A stretch of 64,000 nucleotides of DNA from Dehalococcoidia bacterium (GTDB taxonomy: Bacteria; Chloroflexota; Dehalococcoidia; Lucifugimonadales; UBA3495): the NCBI GenBank assembly GCA_022825745.1, contig JAJDWF010000085.1, forward strand, positions 1,783 through 65,782. The letters are read 5' to 3'. The notes under the pieces were generated by a model. The model ran no database searches and was not told the DNA's origin. It saw nothing but the letters and a program-made list of their open reading frames with translations. A program made the position numbers and the translations under genes. Of this stretch, positions 40,196 to 48,959 are shown piece after piece; the first letter of the stretch is position 1; each line of letters opens with the position of its first letter.

Positions 40196-41535
40196 TCCTT
40201 GCTCTCCACGACGGTGGCGGCGACGGATGCGTCGTCCAGCCAGTCGTCCCGCCACATTTCTTCCAGGCCGGCCAGCGACGGCCCGGCCATGTACAGCGGG
40301 ACTTCCGGCGGCAGCAGCTGCGCAACCGGGCCGGGGTCGCCGTCGCCGGCGTAGAAGATCATGACGTGGTGCCCGCGACGACGGATTTCTTCAGCCTCGT
40401 TCACCACGACCCGGGACACCAGAGCGGTAACCAGCACCACGGTGGCCCCGGATACCAGCGAGTGCGACTCTTCGCGCAGCACCGAGGACAGCTCGGTGAC
40501 CCAGAAGGGCCCCGCCATGGCCAGGGACTCCAAAACCGATTCCAGTTGCAAGCTGCCGGAACCGGGCGGCACCGACATCCACTTGCTGGAATAAGAGGCG
40601 ATGGCGTTGCTGACCAGGCTGAAGGTGTATTCCTCACGACAGGCGTGCTCGGCGACGGACGCAGCGACGGTTACGGCGCGCTCGAACAGGCGGCGGTTGC
40701 TCCCCTGCCAGGCGGCGTCGCCGGTCCGCGCGTTGAGCGCGATGAGCATGTAACGGGTGGCTGCCGGTTCAAAAACGCGGGACTCCAGCTTGCCGTGCCG
40801 GGCCGTAGCCTTCCAGTCGATACGCTTCAAAGGGTCGGACGGCAGGTAGTCGCGGAGGCCGACGAAACGGCTGGGGTCGTCCTGGATGAACCTGTGTCCC
40901 CGGCTGGCGCCCAAGGGCCGCTCCCAAAGGTTCATCATTTGGCGCAGATCCACTATGCGGGGATAGACCAGCAGGTACTCCACGTTGGTGATATGCTGCT
41001 CGGCCGAGGTCAGGCCGAACATATCGCCGCTGCGCAAACGCGCCGGGCCGATGCGATGGTAGCCGCGAACGCGACACCGTACCCGGTAGCGCCAGGTGAC
41101 CCGCTGATAGGGGAGCAGGGAAGTCGTGATGCGGTGGTCCAGTTCGGCTTCCGCGCCGACGCCGCGCCGGAACGTGCCCCCGGTCTGGAGACCCAGGGGA
41201 AAGGTGTCGGAAATGTCCAGCCAGATCATCGGCAGGATCTTGTCGTTGTCCACCGTGATGTAGTAGTCGAGCACGTCTCCAATGAAAGCGCGGCGACGCT
41301 CCAGCCGCCGGGAATAGGTGAGCCGCCGAAATGCGTAGCGCGGCCAGTGCTTCCCAGTAATCCAGATGAGCAGGACCAGCACGCCGACCACAATCAGCAA
41401 CGCCTGGCTGGCGAGGAGGCCGGCGATGATGGCGATGGCGGCGGCAATAACCCAAAGGTCGCTTATCATGGCCGCAGGATAACCGATTTGCGAGTCGCCG
41501 GCACGAATCTCTGTGATATGCTGATTGCGATTCAC
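40192..41535 (-). CDS. DUF58 domain-containing protein
   Basis: DUF58 signature (DPLKRIDWKATARHGKLESRVFE) after an N-terminal TM hairpin. The start is uncertain: GTG at 41535 or ATG at 41469. Confidence 0.85.
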   Translation of the reverse strand: MNRNQHITEIRAGDSQIGYPAAMISDLWVIAAAIAIIAGLLASQALLIVVGVLVLLIWITGKHWPRYAFRRLTYSRRLERRRAFIGDVLDYYITVDNDKILPMIWLDISDTFPLGLQTGGTFRRGVGAEAELDHRITTSLLPYQRVTWRYRVRCRVRGYHRIGPARLRSGDMFGLTSAEQHITNVEYLLVYPRIVDLRQMMNLWERPLGASRGHRFIQDDPSRFVGLRDYLPSDPLKRIDWKATARHGKLESRVFEPAATRYMLIALNARTGDAAWQGSNRRLFERAVTVAASVAEHACREEYTFSLVSNAIASYSSKWMSVPPGSGSLQLESVLESLAMAGPFWVTELSSVLREESHSLVSGATVVLVTALVSRVVVNEAEEIRRRGHHVMIFYAGDGDPGPVAQLLPPEVPLYMAGPSLAGLEEMWRDDWLDDASVAATVVESKE

Positions 41536-41622
41536 CGGAATAGACAGGATAAGCGGGATGGATCGGACACGAATCGGCTCGAAGGCGCGCTACCCCAACT
41601 GCGACGGACGGATTGAACTGCA

Positions 41623-42810
41623 ATGAGCAGCCCGGTTGAGGAGAGGTTACTGGGCCGTCTGGCCGGTCTGCTGGAATGGCAGGGTCTGGGTACCGCCGCC
41701 TTGACGCCAAGACCCCGCGGTGGCCGTTTGCACGGAGCGGACGCGGAGGAGGTTGCATCGCTGCTTGAAGAACTGGCCGCTGCGGATGCCGGGTTGCCCG
41801 CCGGCCGTCGGCCCCGCAGCCTGATCTTCGGCAACGGGTGTTTCGCCATCGGGAGATACGCCGAGGCGCTCACGGTGTACCAGGCATTGGTCGGCGAGCG
41901 GCCCAACGATTTTGCGGTGCACTTCAACCTGGGCGTTACCTTTTTGCGACGACGCCAGCCGGAAGAAGCGGTTCGCGCCCTGACCAGGGCCCTGGAACTG
42001 GATGCCTTTTCCGCGCCGGCCTACTACCAGCGCGGCAATGCGCGGGACGATATGGGAGACGGCGCCGGGGCGCTGGAAGATTATGCGACCGCCATCGGGT
42101 TGAATCCGGATTATCTTCAGGCGCACTATAATCGCGGGATCGTGTTGAACAAGATGGGGAGATACCCCGAGGCCATTGAAGCGTTTAACGATGTAATGGC
42201 GCTGCGGCCCGACATAGCCAACGCCTATTTGAACCGGGGCGTGGCGCGAGATGAGGTGGGAGACGTGGACGCTGCCGTCGCCGATTACGACGCGGCGCTG
42301 CGCTGTGACCCGGACAACGCCGACGCGCGTTTCAACCGGGCGCGGATACGTTATCGGGTGGGCCGATACCGGGAGGCAGTGGAGGACTATACGGCGGCGA
42401 TTGGGCTGCGTCCGGATGACGTGGAGGCAATAAACAACCGGGGCCTGGCCTACGATGCGCTGGGACGGTATGAGGACGCTATTGCCGATTACGACGCGGC
42501 GTTGAAGTTGCAACCGGATTTCGCGGAAGTGCTGAGCAACCGGGGCGCGGCGTTGGAGAGCCTGGGCGACGTTAACGCGGCGTTGGTAAATTACCTGGAG
42601 GCGCAGAAAGCGCTGCCGCATTTTGCCGCCGCCTATTACAACGCCGCCCGCCTGTATGCCGACCGTGGCGACATCGCCGGGTGCGCGGAGCAGTTGGCGG
42701 AGGCGGTCCGGCTGCAGCCGGGGCTGTATGCGGAAGCCGAGTCCGACGAGACGCTGGGGTGGGTGCTGGATCTGTCGCGGATGAGAGACGAACGGCAGGG
42801 GGTTGAGTAA
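41623..42810 (+). CDS. Tetratricopeptide (TPR) repeat protein
   Basis: About 9 consecutive 34-aa TPR units (A..YN.RG.......G....A..DY..A..L.PD). Confidence 0.85.
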   Translation: MSSPVEERLLGRLAGLLEWQGLGTAALTPRPRGGRLHGADAEEVASLLEELAAADAGLPAGRRPRSLIFGNGCFAIGRYAEALTVYQALVGERPNDFAVHFNLGVTFLRRRQPEEAVRALTRALELDAFSAPAYYQRGNARDDMGDGAGALEDYATAIGLNPDYLQAHYNRGIVLNKMGRYPEAIEAFNDVMALRPDIANAYLNRGVARDEVGDVDAAVADYDAALRCDPDNADARFNRARIRYRVGRYREAVEDYTAAIGLRPDDVEAINNRGLAYDALGRYEDAIADYDAALKLQPDFAEVLSNRGAALESLGDVNAALVNYLEAQKALPHFAAAYYNAARLYADRGDIAGCAEQLAEAVRLQPGLYAEAESDETLGWVLDLSRMRDERQGVE

Positions 42811-42843
42811 TCGTCAGTCGCCGCAGCGCGATTGACGGTTGAT

Positions 42844-43572
42844 CTAATTTTCGTCGTCCTGGGGGATGACCTGGCGGAGGATGGCTTCTTCGCTGAGCCC
42901 GGCGGCCTCGCTGTGCACTTCCGGTGTGTCGGCGATGAGCAGGTCGGGATCTATGGCCGCCGGAACCTTTTCCGGTTTGTGGTCGGCATGGGTGAGGATG
43001 TTGTGGGTGATGACGACCAGGGCCAGAGCGGTGAGGCCGAGCATCACATCCAGGCCGCGGTGGTGTATGACTTGGTTCAGGGCAAGCATCACTCCGTAGC
43101 CGAAGAAGATGCCGATGGAGGAGCGGAACACGGAACGGCGGAACAGCAGGACGAAGATGATGCCAACGATTATGCCGATCAGTACGAACCAGTTCAGGTA
43201 GCCCAGCGACACGCCCACCAGCACCACCATACCGTCTCCGCCCTTGAATCCGGTGAAGATGCTCTTCCAGTGGCCGGCGATGGCGGCGGCGCCGGCCACC
43301 AGGCCGAGCAGCTCGTGCTGTCCGAACATGGAGGCGACGTACACGGCGGCCGCGCCCTTCAGGACGTCGCAAGCGAATACCATCATGCCGCGACGGCGTC
43401 CGACGTGCCAGAAGACGTTGGCAGTGCCGGCTCGCCGGCTGCCGGTGGCGAAAATGTCCACGCCCTTCCAGCGGGCCACAAGGTAGGCAAACGGGATACT
43501 GCCAAGCAGGTAGCCGACCAACGCCGCCGCCAGGATGCGGGTTATCAGGGGGGCGAAGTCGGCAAAAGGCAT
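42844..43572 (-). CDS. plsY: PlsY-family glycerol-3-phosphate acyltransferase homologue with divergent motif 1 and a C-terminal extension
   Basis: YLLGSIPFAYLVARWKGVDI..TGSRRAGTANV resembles the PlsY N-terminus. ATG at 43572 is preferred over TTG at 43587. Confidence 0.75.
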   Translation of the reverse strand: MPFADFAPLITRILAAALVGYLLGSIPFAYLVARWKGVDIFATGSRRAGTANVFWHVGRRRGMMVFACDVLKGAAAVYVASMFGQHELLGLVAGAAAIAGHWKSIFTGFKGGDGMVVLVGVSLGYLNWFVLIGIIVGIIFVLLFRRSVFRSSIGIFFGYGVMLALNQVIHHRGLDVMLGLTALALVVITHNILTHADHKPEKVPAAIDPDLLIADTPEVHSEAAGLSEEAILRQVIPQDDEN

Positions 43573-43642
43573 ATGGTCAAGTCGCAATTAGGACGAATTT
43601 AGAAATTGGTAAAGGATGATACCACAGCGCTTCGTACCGGGT

Positions 43643-44470
43643 TTATTCAGGCTTGTGAGCGACGTACAGCCAGTAGCCGACTTCACCACGCCGGACCAGC
43701 TGTTCTACGCGCTCCAGCAGCCCTGGACCGAACTCAACCAGGTCGCCAGCGACGGGCGGCGCAGAATGCGCAAGGCTGCCCCAGATCGTCATTTTGCCGC
43801 GCAGTTCGGATAACAGTTCCAGTACCTCGCCCGACAAGTCGGCCCGATCGGTTACGGTGAAACCACCGGCTGCCAGGAGGTCCGGGTAACCGTCGGCGGG
43901 CAAAGCGTCGGTGAGGCAAAGCATCATGCCCACGGTTCCGTCCAACTCGGGCGGCAGGCTGCCAGGTTCAACGGTTACGTCGGAAAGGCCGATGACTCCG
44001 CCGGGCCGCAGCAGCCGGTAAACCTCGGCGATTGCGGCGGACTTGTCGGCGAACAGGCTGGTGGCGCATTCGATGATGACGGCGTCGAACGCGCCGGTGC
44101 GGAACGGCGGCATTTCCGCGTCACCGCGAACAAAACCCACGTTAGCCGGTATGGGTTCGCTGAGAGCGCGCTGACGGGAAGCTACGGCGGCCTCTGGGCC
44201 AAGTTCCAGGCCGGTTACGTGGCAGCGGAACACGCGGGATATTGCAGTGGCGCCGGTCCCCAGGCCGCAGGCCAGATCCAGAACGCGCCAGCCGGGTTGT
44301 ATTCCCATGGCGCGGCCCAGACGGTTGGTGGCGCGGAGGCCGCCGGGGTGCAGGCTGTCGCCAAGGATGAGCCGCGCAAACTCCGAGGAGTACAGGTCGG
44401 CGCAGCAGATTTTGGCGGAGTAGGTGGAGAGCATCCGGCAGCTACTCTCACACCTGCCCATTCCCATCAA
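43643..44470 (-). CDS. Class I SAM-dependent methyltransferase with an N-terminal vicinal-Cys (CC) motif
   Basis: ICCADLY...LGDSLHPGG...VLDLACGLGTGA. The start is uncertain (TTG at 44470, ATG at 44467, 44461 or 44434). The longest form overlaps the radical SAM stop by 23 nt. Confidence 0.75.
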   Translation of the reverse strand: MMGMGRCESSCRMLSTYSAKICCADLYSSEFARLILGDSLHPGGLRATNRLGRAMGIQPGWRVLDLACGLGTGATAISRVFRCHVTGLELGPEAAVASRQRALSEPIPANVGFVRGDAEMPPFRTGAFDAVIIECATSLFADKSAAIAEVYRLLRPGGVIGLSDVTVEPGSLPPELDGTVGMMLCLTDALPADGYPDLLAAGGFTVTDRADLSGEVLELLSELRGKMTIWGSLAHSAPPVAGDLVEFGPGLLERVEQLVRRGEVGYWLYVAHKPE

Positions 44471-45908
44471 GGGAGAGAGCTTTAATTCTATGGCGGCCCT
44501 GCTGCTGGATAAGTTGTTCGCGCACCTGCTCGCGGTAGCCGACGGAGTTGTAGGCGCAGAAGGGTATGGCGCGGCCGTCGGGCGTCAGGATGCCGACGCA
44601 GCACTTCATCACCTGCTTGACGTTAAACGTCCAGGCGTCCAGGAAGTCCTTGATGGCGATCTGGAAAATGTGGTCCTTGAGATGGTTGATCTCATAGGGC
44701 AGGTCCAATCCGGGTCCGCAGGCGCACTCGAACTGGCTGGCAGTGGTTTCCGTGCCGGCCACGGCGGACGCGGACCACAGGCCTTCCAGCGCGGTCTGAA
44801 TGTCCACGGCGTTGGGCGGCTTCGGCAATGCGCGGTTCGTGATGTAGTCCAGGTACTGGTCAATGTCCAGGAGGCGAGGTAAGGGCGTTACGTTGTCGCC
44901 GTCCACGAAAAGGTAGGAATTGACCTGGCAGGTGGGGAAACAGCATGGGACGGGTACGAAGTCCTCCAGGACGAAACGGCCGTCGGTCTGATCGACGATG
45001 CCGTGGATGATGTCCGGGATGGTGACCCGGGTCATCGGGTCAAACTCGATGTGCCGGCCGACGTGGGTGACGGGCTGGAACACGACGCCACGGACGGCGG
45101 GGTGCTTGAGTCCAAACTCGACGATGGGTCCGACCTCGTCGGTGTTCACGTCGCGCTCGATTGCGGCGACGAGGACGGCGGTCATGCCGGCATCCGCGAG
45201 GCGGTCAAGGGCGCGCATCTTGGTTTCCAGCAACGGTTCGCCGCGTATGGTGCGATAGGTTTCCTCGCGCAGTGCGTCGAACTGGAAATAAACGACGGGA
45301 TTGAGGGCAGCCATCCGGGACAAGAATTTGTCATCGTGGGCGAGTCGCACGCCGTTGGTGTTGATCATCACCTGGCGAATGCCCCGGTCTTTGGCGGCCT
45401 GAATCATCTCGGGCAGTTGCGGGTGGATGGTGGGTTCCCCGCCGCTGAACTGGACCACCTCGGGGTCACCCTCGATTTCGATGAATCGATCAAGCATGGA
45501 CTCAACCTGTTCCAGGGTGAGGCTGTAGCCGATGCCAGCGTCGGCGAAACAGACAGGACAGTCCAGGTTGCAGCCGGTGTTAACCTCGATGAGGGCCAGG
45601 CAGATGTGCTGCTTGTGCTCAGGGCAGAGCCCGCAGTCCAGGGGGCAGCCGTTCTCAACCTCTGTGCTGAAATCCAGGGGGATGGTGCCGGGCTTGTTGA
45701 AACGCACGCTGCCGACGTACATCTCGGCGTCAGAACTGATGATGCCTTCAAACCAGCCATGCTCGGGACAGCGCTTCCGCATATAGACCTTGTTGTCGCG
45801 GATGATTACCTGCGCGTCGATGACCGCCTTGCATTCCGGGCAAATGGAGCGGGTGAGCTCGTGAAATATGAAATCGGCGTCCTGCTTGGTATGGCTAGTT
45901 GTGGCCAA
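44448..45908 (-). CDS. Radical SAM enzyme, MJ0619 / Tes (GDGT-MAS)-like architecture
   Basis: N-terminal CxxC...CxxH (C23, C26, C47, H50), then CPLDCGLC (C88/92/95) and CNLDCPVC (C113/117/120), both CX3CX2C. C-terminal Cys clusters are present. TTG start with AAGGAG RBS inside the upstream gene. Confidence 0.8.
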   Translation of the reverse strand: MATTSHTKQDADFIFHELTRSICPECKAVIDAQVIIRDNKVYMRKRCPEHGWFEGIISSDAEMYVGSVRFNKPGTIPLDFSTEVENGCPLDCGLCPEHKQHICLALIEVNTGCNLDCPVCFADAGIGYSLTLEQVESMLDRFIEIEGDPEVVQFSGGEPTIHPQLPEMIQAAKDRGIRQVMINTNGVRLAHDDKFLSRMAALNPVVYFQFDALREETYRTIRGEPLLETKMRALDRLADAGMTAVLVAAIERDVNTDEVGPIVEFGLKHPAVRGVVFQPVTHVGRHIEFDPMTRVTIPDIIHGIVDQTDGRFVLEDFVPVPCCFPTCQVNSYLFVDGDNVTPLPRLLDIDQYLDYITNRALPKPPNAVDIQTALEGLWSASAVAGTETTASQFECACGPGLDLPYEINHLKDHIFQIAIKDFLDAWTFNVKQVMKCCVGILTPDGRAIPFCAYNSVGYREQVREQLIQQQGRHRIKALSLDGNGQV

Positions 45909-46728
45909 CTGAGGATACTCCTTGAATTGTTGTTAGTAGTCTTTCGCGCATAATGCCCACCGCCTCCGGGTTGTTGTCAATCAGCGTAAACTCCCGCCCC
46001 TCCCGCTCGGCAGCCTCGCCCAACGTCCCGCTGCCGGCGAAGAAATCCAGCACGCGGTCGCCGGGGTTGGAATGTACTCGGACGATGCGGCTGATGATGT
46101 GCAGGGGTTTCTGGGTGGCGTAGCCGGTTTTCTCCTTGCCGGTTACGATGGTGCGCCACCAGACGTCCGTAGGGGTTTTGCCGCGAGCGGCTTTTTCGGG
46201 GCCGACCAATCCGGGAGCCAGGTAGGGGATGCGGTCGATGGCGTCGTAGTTGAAGGTGTAGTTGTTCGGATCTTTCGCGTACCACAGGATGTTGTCGTGC
46301 TTGGCCGGCCAACGGGTTTTGGGGCGCCCGCCGTAATCGTAGGCCCAGATGATTTCGTTGATGAAGGAATCCCGGCCAAAGATTTGGTCCAGCATCACCT
46401 TACAATAATGCACTTCACGGTAATCGATGTGGAAGAACAGGCTGCCATGGTCGTCCAGCACTCGGTATGCTTCCGCCATGCGGGGCCACAGGAAGCCGAT
46501 GTATTCGTCGAAGTTGTCGGCGTAGCGGCTGTTGCCGACTATCTCCGTGAGATAGCGGCGTCCCTGAAAGCCCGTGCGGTCGCCGTTGGCGTCGGGCGTG
46601 ACCCTGATCCGCGTGCGGGACTGGGGCTTGCCGGTATTGAACGGCGGGTCAACGTAGATCAGCTGAAACGCGCCATCGGGCAGCGTGGGCAGGACATCGA
46701 GATTGTCGCCAAGTATAATTTCGCCCAT
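45895..46728 (-). CDS. Beta-class N6-adenine/N4-cytosine DNA methyltransferase (orphan)
   Basis: Motif IV DPPF near the N-terminus (LIYVDPPFNTG) and motif I FFAGSGT near the C-terminus. No endonuclease gene is adjacent. Confidence 0.85.
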   Translation of the reverse strand: MGEIILGDNLDVLPTLPDGAFQLIYVDPPFNTGKPQSRTRIRVTPDANGDRTGFQGRRYLTEIVGNSRYADNFDEYIGFLWPRMAEAYRVLDDHGSLFFHIDYREVHYCKVMLDQIFGRDSFINEIIWAYDYGGRPKTRWPAKHDNILWYAKDPNNYTFNYDAIDRIPYLAPGLVGPEKAARGKTPTDVWWRTIVTGKEKTGYATQKPLHIISRIVRVHSNPGDRVLDFFAGSGTLGEAAEREGREFTLIDNNPEAVGIMRERLLTTIQGVSSVGHN

Positions 46729-46769
46729 TGTGAGCCTCCGGCAGTGGGGGCATTATACAGGTGATTGAC

Positions 46770-47981
46770 ATGACTCAAGACAAGCATTCCAACGGGGCGC
46801 TGGCCGGCGTCAAAGTTCTGGATTTGACGCAGATCATGGCCGGGCCGATGTGCACGATGCTGCTGGCCGACATGGGCGCGGACGTGATCAAGATCGAGCG
46901 GCCCGGCGGCGGGGACGATACCCGGCGGATGGGATCGCGCCTGTCGGAGCGGTTCGCGGCTGGCTTCTTGGCGCTGAACCGCAACAAGCGCAGCATCGCG
47001 CTGGACCTGAGGGCTGACGCGGGGAAAGCCGTTTTCAAGCGCATGGCGGAGACGGCGGACATTGTGGTGGAGAACTTCCGGCCCGGGGTGATGGATAGGC
47101 TGGGCCTGGGTTATGAATCGTTGGCCGAGATCAATCCCCGGCTGGTTTACGCGAGCATATCCGGGTTCGGTGGCACCGGCCCGTATCGCAACCGGGGCGG
47201 CTTTGACCTGGTGGCCCAGGGCATGAGCGGGTTGATGTCGGTTACCGGGTTCCCGGGCGGACCGCCGGCGAAGGTGGGCGTCCCCATCACCGACATCGGC
47301 GCGGGGAGTTTCACCGCCGTGGGCATCCTGGCCGCGTACATCCATGCGCTACGAACGGGTCAAGGCCAGCAAGTGGACGGCTCTCTCATGGAGGCCGGCA
47401 TCGCCTACACGATATGGGAGTCGTCGGAGTACTTTGCCACCGGAGAGATACCGGGCCCGTTGGGGTCGGCGCACCGGGTCAACGCGCCATACCAGGCGCT
47501 GCGCACCAGCGACGGCTACATCAACATCGGCGCCGCGTCGCAGCCGACATGGGAGCAGTTTTGCCGGGCCATCGGCCAGGAGGCGCTGATTGAAGACCCG
47601 CGCTACAAGGAACCGAACGACCGCAAGGCGCGTGAAGAGGAACTGGCGGAGCTATTGGAAGGAATCCTGGTAGAACACACGACGGCCCACTGGATGGAGC
47701 AACTGGGAGCGGCTGGCGTGGTAGCCGGCCCAATCTACGACATGGAGCAGGTGTACTCCGACGAGCAGGTGCTGGCGCGGGAGATGCTGGTGGAACTGGA
47801 GGACGAGGAACTGGGCCGGGTGAAGAATATCGGAGTGCCGGTGAAGCTATCCGCGACGCCAGGGCAAATACGGCATCGCGGCCCGGCACTTGGAGAGCAC
47901 AGCCGGGAGGTGCTGCTGGAGCACGGGTTTACGGAGATGGAAGTAGAGGAGTTGGTTGCGGCAGGGGTAGTGGTCGAATAA
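46770..47981 (+). CDS. CoA transferase family III (CaiB/BaiF)
   Basis: GVKVLDLTQIMAGP..T..LAD.GADVIKIE signature. ATG at 46770, following AGGTGA. Confidence 0.85.
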   Translation: MTQDKHSNGALAGVKVLDLTQIMAGPMCTMLLADMGADVIKIERPGGGDDTRRMGSRLSERFAAGFLALNRNKRSIALDLRADAGKAVFKRMAETADIVVENFRPGVMDRLGLGYESLAEINPRLVYASISGFGGTGPYRNRGGFDLVAQGMSGLMSVTGFPGGPPAKVGVPITDIGAGSFTAVGILAAYIHALRTGQGQQVDGSLMEAGIAYTIWESSEYFATGEIPGPLGSAHRVNAPYQALRTSDGYINIGAASQPTWEQFCRAIGQEALIEDPRYKEPNDRKAREEELAELLEGILVEHTTAHWMEQLGAAGVVAGPIYDMEQVYSDEQVLAREMLVELEDEELGRVKNIGVPVKLSATPGQIRHRGPALGEHSREVLLEHGFTEMEVEELVAAGVVVE

Positions 47982-48046
47982 GGGTCTTATCTACAACCGG
48001 TGCCCAACCTTTTCGGCGGAAAGCGGATCCCCGTTCCGAAGCGCTG

Positions 48047-48880
48047 CTACATCGTTCGCCAGGTGTAGCCCTCGGTCATGGCCAGGAACTGGTCCATCAG
48101 GGCAGGGTTGGCGATAATCAGTCCCGGCGAGAATAAGGTTGCGTTATTCAGCGTGGCCCGGTCAAGGACGCGGGCGCCGGCTTCCTGGGCCAACAACACG
48201 CCGGACGCGATATCCCAGGAGGAAAGGCTGTGGTGAGCGTACAGGTCGATGCGCCCCGCGGCGGTGTACGCGATGCTCAAGGCGCTGGAACCCATCAACC
48301 GGTACCCTGAGATTTGCGGCCAGATTCCGTCGACCATTTCCATCAGGTGCTTGGCTTGTCCGAAATCGTAGCCGAGGTCAAACCCCAGGATGGCATCGTC
48401 GATGTTCTGCCGGTCGGATGCCCTCATGGCTTGACCGTTCAGGTAAGCGCCGGCTCCCTGCTGGGCTGAGAACATTTCATCCCGTACCGGGTCATAGGTA
48501 ACACCGGCCACGACATTCTCCCCGTCAGCGATGGCCACGACGATGCAGAAGTGAGGGATACCCTCGGCGAAGTTGCGGGTCCCGTCGATGGGGTCAACAA
48601 CCCAGGTGTAGGGAGAAGCCCCGGCGACGGGGGCCGACTCTTCGGACAGGACGCCGAAATCCGGGTATTCGCCGGTTACATAGTCCAGAATCAACCGCTC
48701 GGACGCCAGGTCGGCGTCGGTGACCACGTTGGCCCTCCCCTTGAGGCTAACTTCGACGTCAGTGCGGAATCGGCCCAGAACCAACTCGCCGGCCCGGCGC
48801 GCGGCGGTTTCACAGACCTCAAGGGCGGTTTGTCCGGAGCGGGATCGGGGCAGTCCGACGGGAGCAAGGGATTCCGACAT
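48047..48880 (-). CDS. Inositol monophosphatase family protein (SuhB/IMPase-like)
   Basis: Motifs WVVDPIDGT and a WD.A.G-like region (SWDIASG). ATG at 48880 with GAGGAGG 7 nt upstream. The 102 extra N-terminal codons in the track are rejected. Confidence 0.85.
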   Translation of the reverse strand: MSESLAPVGLPRSRSGQTALEVCETAARRAGELVLGRFRTDVEVSLKGRANVVTDADLASERLILDYVTGEYPDFGVLSEESAPVAGASPYTWVVDPIDGTRNFAEGIPHFCIVVAIADGENVVAGVTYDPVRDEMFSAQQGAGAYLNGQAMRASDRQNIDDAILGFDLGYDFGQAKHLMEMVDGIWPQISGYRLMGSSALSIAYTAAGRIDLYAHHSLSSWDIASGVLLAQEAGARVLDRATLNNATLFSPGLIIANPALMDQFLAMTEGYTWRTM

Positions 48881-48959
48881 GCGGGGGCCTCCTCTACTGG
48901 CAAGCCGCCGCAGTCTAGCATCCGCAGTAGGCTCGGACAACCGATGATATACTGATGAG

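Noticed and set aside
45895-46728. Restriction-modification system around the DNA methyltransferase.
   Set aside because: Neighbouring genes are a radical SAM enzyme and a CoA transferase. No ORF with nuclease or specificity-subunit features is present on either side.
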